Below are positions 49,560 to 57,053 of a stretch of DNA of 64,000 nucleotides, piece after piece. The notes under the pieces are model-generated. The model did no database searches and was not told where the DNA came from. It saw only the letters and a program-made list of their open reading frames with translations. Position numbers and translations under genes: made by a program. Origin of the DNA: Desulfobacterales bacterium. Its GTDB lineage: Bacteria; Desulfobacterota; Desulfobacteria; Desulfobacterales; UBA2174. Where the stretch lies: assembly GCA_963668645.2 (NCBI GenBank), contig CAXXWC010000010.1, forward strand, positions 96,001 to 160,000, read 5' to 3'. Positions within the stretch are counted from its first letter, which is position 1. Each line of letters starts with the position of its first letter.

Positions 49560-51068
49560 TTGATCGGATCACCCCGGAAATCCGCGCCGCCAAACCGCGC
49601 CGGCCGGCAGCTTCGCGCCGGCGCGGGTCTCTTGGCCGGCCTCGGCTTGCTCGTCTCCCAGGCGGGGGCAACCTGTCTGGTGCGCCACGCCAACCTCGCC
49701 TTGCACCAGGCCATGACCGCCATCATGGCCCAAGGGTACATGGCCGTTCCCTGCCCCGTGGTGGTGGCGCAACTGCCTTGCTGGGGCCCCGGTTTCATGG
49801 GGGGCCTTTTCCTGACCTTGTCCACCGGAAGCCTCATTGTCTTCGCCACCCTGGCGGCCCTGGGTGCGGCACGGCATCTTTTCTTGTCGCCGGCCAAACG
49901 GTGCGCCTTTCTGATCGTATTGGCAGCAGGTCTTGCCGTTTTTCTCAACACCGATGGCCTGAACCTTGGGGCCACCCTTTATGCCCTGGCGGTGATGGCC
50001 GCCGTGGCGCTTCCCGGTCTGGCTATGAACCGCACAGCGGCACGGCAAAAAAACGCTCTTTTGCGCATCGTCATAGTCATCGGCCCCCTTTTGCTGCTGA
50101 CCGGGATCTGGCTCACCAGGATGGACCGGAACCTGTTCGTGGACATCCGCGACCGGCTGCTTTTTTCCAACCCGGCCGGCGTCGGGATCGCAAATTTTTA
50201 CTACGATTACAACCTTTTCGCCGCTCAGGCGATCGCCCCCTTGAATCACCGGACCCTCATCGGCATCGACCTGAGCGGGATCAACACTGCCCCGGGCCGC
50301 CAGGCCCTGGCCGATGCCCTGCGGGGCGCCGATATGCTTGCCGTGGGAAGCTCGCCCGGGGCCGCGATTACCGTCAAGCCGGAAGCAAACGCCCTGAGGT
50401 GGCAGGATTCCGCCGGCCGGGGAATAACGGTGGCCCCGCAAGAAATCCTTGCCACGCCCAAGCCGGTGCGCGAACGCTTTTCGAAAACGGTGGATACCAA
50501 AGCCCCATTCCGCCGTCTGACCCTGGCAGGGATTTTGGTGGGGTTTCCGGTCCTGCTCTACCTGATCCTCTTCGCTGCGGTTGAAAAGACACTGGGCCTT
50601 TTCCTCGGGCCCCGGGCCGTCTGGGCTGCGGCCCTTGTTTGCATGGCCGTGGGCAGCGCCCTGTTCTACCCGATGATGGCCGCACCCAGGGCCGGGGCCG
50701 CGGCAGACACCCTGGCAGAACGGATTCTCCAGCTCCGCCAGGCCGTGCGCCAGGGGACCGATCCGCTCGTCCATACGGATGGAGAGCGGGCGGCCCGCAG
50801 CCCATGGCCGGCCGAACGCTACTGGTTCGCCCGGGCCCTGGCCGGTTCCCGTTCAACGAATGGATTTGCCCTGGCAGCGGACATGGCGCACGATGAAAAT
50901 CCCATTATCGCCTGCCAGGCCTGCTACGCGTTGGGCAAGATAGGCAACCGCAAAGCCGTTCCCATCTTGCTGGGACTGATTCAGAACCAAAACCATTGGT
51001 ACACCCAGCGCTACGCCTACAGCGCCTTGAGAAGACTCGGATGGACCCAGCCCGCCCCCTCCCGCTGA
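49560..51068 (+). CDS. Polytopic membrane protein with C-terminal HEAT repeats
   Basis: Several hydrophobic segments; ERYWFARALA and IACQACYALGKIG...AVP.L HEAT-like units; TTG start 3 nt after the giant gene stop (start uncertain). Confidence 0.72.
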   Translation: MIGSPRKSAPPNRAGRQLRAGAGLLAGLGLLVSQAGATCLVRHANLALHQAMTAIMAQGYMAVPCPVVVAQLPCWGPGFMGGLFLTLSTGSLIVFATLAALGAARHLFLSPAKRCAFLIVLAAGLAVFLNTDGLNLGATLYALAVMAAVALPGLAMNRTAARQKNALLRIVIVIGPLLLLTGIWLTRMDRNLFVDIRDRLLFSNPAGVGIANFYYDYNLFAAQAIAPLNHRTLIGIDLSGINTAPGRQALADALRGADMLAVGSSPGAAITVKPEANALRWQDSAGRGITVAPQEILATPKPVRERFSKTVDTKAPFRRLTLAGILVGFPVLLYLILFAAVEKTLGLFLGPRAVWAAALVCMAVGSALFYPMMAAPRAGAAADTLAERILQLRQAVRQGTDPLVHTDGERAARSPWPAERYWFARALAGSRSTNGFALAADMAHDENPIIACQACYALGKIGNRKAVPILLGLIQNQNHWYTQRYAYSALRRLGWTQPAPSR

Positions 51069-51700
51069 AAACGGCATTGCTCCCCCTGCTGGCGGTGGTC
51101 GTTGCCGAGGCGGCGCTGGCATCGCTGCTGCCGGCGGCCCCCGGCAGGCGCATGGCGGCCTTCGGAATACTGCGGGCCCTGGAGGCTCTCGGCCTGCTCG
51201 CCTGGATCGGCGCTTCCGGATACGGCTTGCAGTCCGTCGGCCTTCGGCCCGGGTCTCTCGGCCCGGGCCTGCGGGCCGGCTCGCTCTGGTCCCTGGCCTT
51301 CGGCCTGGCGGCCGGATGCGGCGGGTGGATCGCCTGCGGCGTTTTCGACATCGACGGGATTGCCCTGATTCGCGTTCCTATCCCGCCGGTTCCCGCCGAG
51401 GCGGCGGTCTTTCTCCTGGTGGCGGGCATCGTCTCACCCATGGCGGAAGAAATCTTTTTTCGGGGGATTTTGTACAGTGCCCTGCGCCGTTGGGGCGCCG
51501 TCGCGGCCATCACCGCTTCCACGGTCCTTTTTGCAGCGGCCCACACAGGCCCCGGATTCCCGGTGGTCCAGGCCATCGGAGGGTTCGTGTTCGCCCTGGC
51601 CCGGGAAAAAAGCGGCAGCCTGGCAGCCCCCGTGACGATCCATGTCCTGGGCAACCTGGCGATTTTCGCGCTGTCGATGATGGGGCCTGGGGTGGCTTGA
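51041..51700 (+). CDS. CPBP/Abi (type II CAAX-like) intramembrane glutamic metalloprotease
   Basis: P.AEEIFFRG (EExxxR), FAAAH (FxxxH), H..GN (HxxxN); overlaps the upstream gene end. Confidence 0.9.
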   Translation: MDPARPLPLKTALLPLLAVVVAEAALASLLPAAPGRRMAAFGILRALEALGLLAWIGASGYGLQSVGLRPGSLGPGLRAGSLWSLAFGLAAGCGGWIACGVFDIDGIALIRVPIPPVPAEAAVFLLVAGIVSPMAEEIFFRGILYSALRRWGAVAAITASTVLFAAAHTGPGFPVVQAIGGFVFALAREKSGSLAAPVTIHVLGNLAIFALSMMGPGVA

Positions 51701-52106
51701 GCCGGAGACGCCCCACCGCGTTTTGAACGGTGGATACAGATAGCCGGAACGCCCGGAAAATAGTCTAAACCCCGCCAGAATAACGCGCTCGCAGGAGGCG
51801 ACCCGGGGGTGATCCTCGCGGAGGCCGCGTAAGCCGCGACACTGGATCCGGCCGTTTTGACACAAGGCCGTGGTTTATCGCGGTCATTCAACCCAAACGA
51901 AGAATCGAGCGAACTCGCCGTGTCGCGGCAACGCGCCCTATGGTCTTCAGACAGTGCGCGCCTGTCGCTGTGCCGGGACCGCCCGTGCGGCCGCCGGCTG
52001 GCTCGGAGCGTTGACCGATGGATAGAAAAAACAGGTTGACGGCGCCGGTGGGCTCTCTTCCAGTCGCCCCGCCTGGCAAAGGGTAAAAGGGAAAAAGAAA
52101 AGAGGG

Positions 52107-55100
52107 TCAGGTCCTGGCGCAACGAAAACCCACGACGCCGTTACGGGCCCCCGGGTCGCCCCTGCCGCGGGCCGCACAGCGGGCGACGTTAAGCGGGCCG
52201 TCCCACGAGCCGCCCCGCAGCGACGGCAGCTCCCGCTCCTTTTCATTCAAACGTTTTACAAACTCCTCTTTTGCCTCTTCATCGCCTCCGGAAACCGCAC
52301 GATCCCATAACACCTGCATCTCCGGATCGAAGCGAAAGTCTTCCCGGGACTTATCGTCGAAGTAATCCGAACACGTCCATTCCCACACGTTGCCGGCAAT
52401 GTCGCCCACTCCCTGTGGGGTATCCGAACCCCGGAAGATTCCCACGGCCGAGGTCCGGCCGATCTTGCTTTCTTCGGTGTTGCAGATGCCGTCCTGCCAC
52501 TTCCCACCCCAGGGGTATTCCCGGCCCTCCCTGCCGGCCGCCGCCGCCTCCCACTGGTCCTCGTCTGGCAGCCGATACACACCGTCGCCGCGGGTTTCCG
52601 TCAGCCAGCGGCAAAAAGCGTCCGCCTCGTACCAGCAGACCCCTACCACCGGCGCGTTGGGGCAGTTCCACTTGCGGTCGTGCCAATAGCGCGGATGCCG
52701 GGTACCGGTATGTTTGAGCCATTTGCGGCCTTCCACCGACCAGTACCGTTCCTCTTCATAACCGCCGGCCGCCATGAACTCGGCATACCAGGCGTTGGTC
52801 ACGGGATACCTGCCGATGGCAAAAGCCGCCACCTTGGTTTCGCCACGCTCCTTGAACTTGTATGTGCTGCCCTCGACAGGCACGAAGTCCCGCAGGTCCC
52901 GGCGCGGATCCCCGAGGCGGCCCAGGATCTCGCCGGCATCGGCCAGGACCGTTGGCTCGGCCCCGGCGGCAACGATCTCCAGCAGGCGCTGCCGCACCGC
53001 CTCCAGGCCCGGCTGGAGCCGGCGGTTGGCCGGGATGTCCACCAGGGCCTGGCCGGCCAGGCGCCAGCGGACAAAAGGCGGCGCGTCCCGGCCAAGCGCC
53101 CCGGCCAGGACCACGTCGTTGGCCACCTTTTTGTTCTGCAGGCTCAGGGATCCGATGTAGAGTTCCACCACTTCCCGGTACCACTCATCGCTCCAGTATG
53201 GTTCCACCGCTGCGACGAAATCCGAAGCGTTGTCCCGCAGATGGTCCGCGGCCAGGAACTCCTGGAAGGTCAGGTGCCAGAAGCCGAACTGCCCCTTGTC
53301 CGGGCGCAGCAGGCCGCAGCGCGGCTCCATCTCGTCGAAGATGGCTTCCAGGCGGCGATGGTAGGCATGCTTTTTTTCGTCTTCTTTGGGCGCATAGAAG
53401 GCCCGCATCACCTCCAGCACCACCACCCGGTCCACGGCCCGCACCCTTTCGGCGTGCATCCGGAAGGCCAGGGCCGCCAGAAAATCGCGCACCTGCTGGG
53501 GATCTTCGGCAAAGCGGCGGTAGAGCATATTGTCGACGAACTTCTGGTAGAGTTCGGCCCGCTGGTCAGGCAAGGCCTTGTCGTCGTGGTAGAGGATGCA
53601 CACCGCGGTGAGCATCAGCGGGTTGTCGGTCAGGGCATGGGTGGCCGGGTGGACGCGGATGTCGGCGATCATGGCCTCGGCGTTCTTTCGGCCGGGGCCG
53701 TACGGGCCTGGGTAGAGATAGGCGAACCACTTTTCGATAAAGAGCCGGATCTGGTGCGGATTCAGTGTGTTGATGCGCACCCGGCAGGACCCGTAGCGCC
53801 GCAGCACCACCCCTTCCAGGCCGTGGGGCCGGCCGGCCAGCACGATGCGGTTGCCCGGCCCGCGCAGCACCAGGTTGGCCAGGGTCTCGACCACGGTGTC
53901 GCGGCGGCCCGGGGCGATCTCGTCCAGGCCGTCCACCAGAAACAGCACCCGCCCCTGGGCCAGCCACGGCTCCAGGTCCGAAAAACTCAGCAGGTTGTCC
54001 AGCTTGCGCTCGAAATACCAGGCCAGGGCCTCCCGGCCCGAGGCCGGCCCGCCGGACGGGTCCCGGAAAAAGGTTTCGATGTCTTTTAGAAAGATCACCA
54101 CCGGCAGGTAGCCATCGAGCCCCTCGGGGACCGGACCCGCCTCGTCCAGTCCCGACAGGGCGCAGGCCACGTGCTTGAGCAGGGTGGTCTTGCCCGAGCC
54201 GGCCTGCCCCTCGATCAGCAGGGCCGGATATCTGGCGATGAAGGCCGCGATGTCCACCGGCCGCTGCTTTTCAACCAGCGCAGCGGGGTCCCCGCCCCGG
54301 CCCGGCCGGCTGTGAGCCAGCTCCGGATCGTCGGCATACAGGGGGATGAAAATCTCGGGCAGTTGCAGCGGGAAGGCTTTGCCCTTGCCGTGAAGTTTAT
54401 CGGCCTCCATGCTGCCGCAAGCGCCGGCGACCCAGTCGCAATATCTTTCGGGGACCACGGCTTGGGGCGCGGGGTCCGGGCTTTTGGCCGGGATCGGATC
54501 GGGCTGGCGCAACGAGAGAGTGAAACGCCCGTCTTCACCGCTGCCCGCATCCACGGTCCAGATGCGCCGCTCGGCATGGAAGGCCCGGAAATCGACGGCC
54601 AGGCGCCCGCCAGAAAGGTCGATGGAAAGATGCTGGTAGCGGCAGGGGATGTTCGAATCGGTCCCCAGGTAGGCGGCCCCGGCCTGGAGCACCCAGAAAC
54701 GGGCCGCGTGTTCCTGGTAGTAGCCGCCTTCGGCCTCGTGCAGGTGCCCGCAGAGGAGCACGGCCTCATCGATGCAGCCTTTGAGGATCTTGCGGTCCCC
54801 GGGCATGAGCCATTCGGGCGGATGGTGGCAGGCGTAGACCACCAGGTCGCACGCACCCTGCCCTCTTAATGCGTCCACCGCCTCCCGGAGCTGGAACTCG
54901 CCGACGGCGATGGTCTTTTCGTCCGTGGACCGGCGGCACATCCAGGCCGAGTTGAGGCCCACCAGCCCGACGGCCCGGCCGTCCTCCGCCACGATGCGCG
55001 CCGCAAACGGCACCAGCCGCCCGTTAAGCGGCGCCAGGTGGGGATAATGGGTTTCGATGAACTCGAAATAGGCCGAAAGGCCCCTGAAAAGGTCCGACCG

Positions 55101-55448
55101 GTAATCCGGGTTTTCCAGCTCGGCGTTGAGGGCCCGCATGGAAGGATAGGCGGGAACGTCCGACGGGCGATAGGCCGAGCGGTTGACGTCGTGGTTGCCC
55201 GGCACGATGAAAAGCCGTTGGGGCGCCACCCCGGCCGCCTCTGCCAGGTCGTCCAGAAAAGGCTTGGCGGCGGCATACTCCTCAGCGGCCCCGCTGAAGG
55301 CCAGATCCCCGGTGATTACGACGGCATCCGGCTTGAGGCCGCCCCGGCAATCCTTTTTCACCCGTACGAGCAGGGGGTCCAGGACCACCCGGCGGTCGAA
55401 ACCGTCCCGGGCGGAGACGTGCAAGTCCGACAGGTGCAGCAGCTGCAT
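52107..55448 (-). CDS. Metallophosphoesterase - NACHT NTPase - FGE-sulfatase/C-type-lectin-fold protein (NLR-like)
   Basis: HLSDLH, ITGDL, PGNHD, HH, GHLH; Walker A GQAGSGKTT, Walker B VDGLDE, NPLML, HLTFQEFLAA; PVTN..Y, PVVGV.W, RLP....WE.AA, GNVWEW, RGGSW...GFRC. Confidence 0.9.
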   Translation of the reverse strand: MQLLHLSDLHVSARDGFDRRVVLDPLLVRVKKDCRGGLKPDAVVITGDLAFSGAAEEYAAAKPFLDDLAEAAGVAPQRLFIVPGNHDVNRSAYRPSDVPAYPSMRALNAELENPDYRSDLFRGLSAYFEFIETHYPHLAPLNGRLVPFAARIVAEDGRAVGLVGLNSAWMCRRSTDEKTIAVGEFQLREAVDALRGQGACDLVVYACHHPPEWLMPGDRKILKGCIDEAVLLCGHLHEAEGGYYQEHAARFWVLQAGAAYLGTDSNIPCRYQHLSIDLSGGRLAVDFRAFHAERRIWTVDAGSGEDGRFTLSLRQPDPIPAKSPDPAPQAVVPERYCDWVAGACGSMEADKLHGKGKAFPLQLPEIFIPLYADDPELAHSRPGRGGDPAALVEKQRPVDIAAFIARYPALLIEGQAGSGKTTLLKHVACALSGLDEAGPVPEGLDGYLPVVIFLKDIETFFRDPSGGPASGREALAWYFERKLDNLLSFSDLEPWLAQGRVLFLVDGLDEIAPGRRDTVVETLANLVLRGPGNRIVLAGRPHGLEGVVLRRYGSCRVRINTLNPHQIRLFIEKWFAYLYPGPYGPGRKNAEAMIADIRVHPATHALTDNPLMLTAVCILYHDDKALPDQRAELYQKFVDNMLYRRFAEDPQQVRDFLAALAFRMHAERVRAVDRVVVLEVMRAFYAPKEDEKKHAYHRRLEAIFDEMEPRCGLLRPDKGQFGFWHLTFQEFLAADHLRDNASDFVAAVEPYWSDEWYREVVELYIGSLSLQNKKVANDVVLAGALGRDAPPFVRWRLAGQALVDIPANRRLQPGLEAVRQRLLEIVAAGAEPTVLADAGEILGRLGDPRRDLRDFVPVEGSTYKFKERGETKVAAFAIGRYPVTNAWYAEFMAAGGYEEERYWSVEGRKWLKHTGTRHPRYWHDRKWNCPNAPVVGVCWYEADAFCRWLTETRGDGVYRLPDEDQWEAAAAGREGREYPWGGKWQDGICNTEESKIGRTSAVGIFRGSDTPQGVGDIAGNVWEWTCSDYFDDKSREDFRFDPEMQVLWDRAVSGGDEEAKEEFVKRLNEKERELPSLRGGSWDGPLNVARCAARGRGDPGARNGVVGFRCART

Positions 55449-55540
55449 GGAATCGCTCCCGGTTCCCGGTTGCGCGCAGGGCCGCCAGACCAGGGTTTCA
55501 ACCCTGCGCTATGCGCCAGCCACGCCCCTGACCGCCGGAG

Positions 55541-56992
55541 CTAATCCACGATCTCCAGGCAGTCCTTGGCCAGGGTGTCGTCGAAGTCCACCGGGTAGCA
55601 GCCGTTGAAACAGGCCTTGCAAAAGACCTGCTCGGGATCGGCGACGCCGGTGGCCGCCATCATCCCCTCGATGCTCAGGTAGTGGAGGGAATCGAGGCCC
55701 AGAAAGTCCCTCAGTTCCTCCACCTTCTTGCTGGCGGCGATCAGCTCGCCGCGGGTGGAAAAATCGATGCCGTAGTGGCAGGGAAAACGGTGCGGCGGGC
55801 AGCTTACGCGCATGTGGACCCGCTTGACGCCCAGCTCGCGCAGGGCCTTGACCCGGGTGCGGGCCGTGGTGCCGCGGATGATGGAATCTTCGATGATGAT
55901 GATGTCCTTGCCCTTGAGCAGCTCCTTGACCGGATTGAGCTTGACCCGCACCCCGAAGTCGCGCATGGACTGGGTCGGCTGGATGAAGGTGCGCCCGATG
56001 TAGTGGTTGCGGATCATGCCCATCTCGAAGGGGATCCCGGAGGCCTCTGAATAGCCGATGGCCGCGTAGCTGCCCGAATCGGGAAAAGGCATGACCAGGT
56101 CGGCGTCCACATGGCTCTCTTCGGCCAGGCGGCGGCCGAAGGCCTTGCGCATCATGTAGACGTTGCGGCCGCGGATCGTGCTGTCGGGCCGGGCGAAGTA
56201 GATGTACTCGAAGATGCACAGGCTCTCGGAATCGGCGGCCGGGGTGTGGATGCTGCGCGGCCCGTTCTCGTCGATGATCAGGATCTCGCCCGGGTCGAGT
56301 TCGCGGATGTGCTCGGCCTGGATCAGGTCCAGGGCGCAGCTCTCGCTGGCCAGGACCCAGTGGCTGTTGAGCCGGCCCAGGCAAAGGGGCCGGAACCCGT
56401 TGGGATCCCGGATCCCCACCACCTCGCCGCGGCTGGTAAGCGCCACCATGCTGTAAGCCCCGCGCAGTTGGGAAACGATCTCCACCAGGGCCTGATCCAG
56501 GCCCTTCTTCAGGTTCTTGACCAGCAGGTGCAAAAAGATCTCGCTGTCCATGGTGGTCTGGAAGATCGAACCGCACTCTTCCAGCTCGGCCCGCAGGATA
56601 TGGGCGTTGACCAGATTCCCGTTGTGGGCCACGGCGTAGAACTTGCCCCGGTGCTGCACCACCAGGGGCTGGGCATTGGCCAGGATCGACCCGCCGGTGG
56701 TCGAGTAGCGCACGTGGCCGATGGCGCTGCCCCCGCCCAGCTCGGCCAGGTGGGTTTGGTCGAAGACTTCGGGCACCAGCCCCATCCCCTTGTGGGCGTG
56801 GATGCGCCGGTCGCGGTGGACCGCGATGCCGGTGCTCTCCTGGCCCCGGTGCTGCAAGGCGTAGAGGCCGAAATAGGTGATCTGGGCCGCCTCGGGATGT
56901 CCGTAAATCCCGAAAACCCCGCAGGCTTCGCGCGGGCGCGGGTCGAAAGTGGAAACCGGAAGCTCGGGTCGTGTTCCTTGGTCAGTGATCAT
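55541..56992 (-). CDS. purF: Amidophosphoribosyltransferase
   Basis: Propeptide followed by CGVFG; LQHRGQE, GHVRYST, HNGNLVN, CIFEYIYFARPDS, DSIIRGTT; AGGAG RBS before ATG 56992. Confidence 0.96.
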   Translation of the reverse strand: MITDQGTRPELPVSTFDPRPREACGVFGIYGHPEAAQITYFGLYALQHRGQESTGIAVHRDRRIHAHKGMGLVPEVFDQTHLAELGGGSAIGHVRYSTTGGSILANAQPLVVQHRGKFYAVAHNGNLVNAHILRAELEECGSIFQTTMDSEIFLHLLVKNLKKGLDQALVEIVSQLRGAYSMVALTSRGEVVGIRDPNGFRPLCLGRLNSHWVLASESCALDLIQAEHIRELDPGEILIIDENGPRSIHTPAADSESLCIFEYIYFARPDSTIRGRNVYMMRKAFGRRLAEESHVDADLVMPFPDSGSYAAIGYSEASGIPFEMGMIRNHYIGRTFIQPTQSMRDFGVRVKLNPVKELLKGKDIIIIEDSIIRGTTARTRVKALRELGVKRVHMRVSCPPHRFPCHYGIDFSTRGELIAASKKVEELRDFLGLDSLHYLSIEGMMAATGVADPEQVFCKACFNGCYPVDFDDTLAKDCLEIVD

Positions 56993-57053
56993 CACGTATG
57001 CTCCTGATAAAGGCATTCGGTGCGGGCCGATCCGTCATCTCATCCCGCCCCAT

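Noticed and set aside
51701..52075. Possible DGR template repeat, RT or ncRNA in the convergent intergenic gap
   Set aside because: No AAC-rich copy of the CLec 3' end on either strand, no RT motifs in the window, and no recognisable RNA family; the small ORFs look spurious
31505..55448. Mobile genomic island or prophage
   Set aside because: No integrase, transposase, tRNA anchor, terminal repeats or phage genes were seen; accessory status is possible but mobility is unsupported
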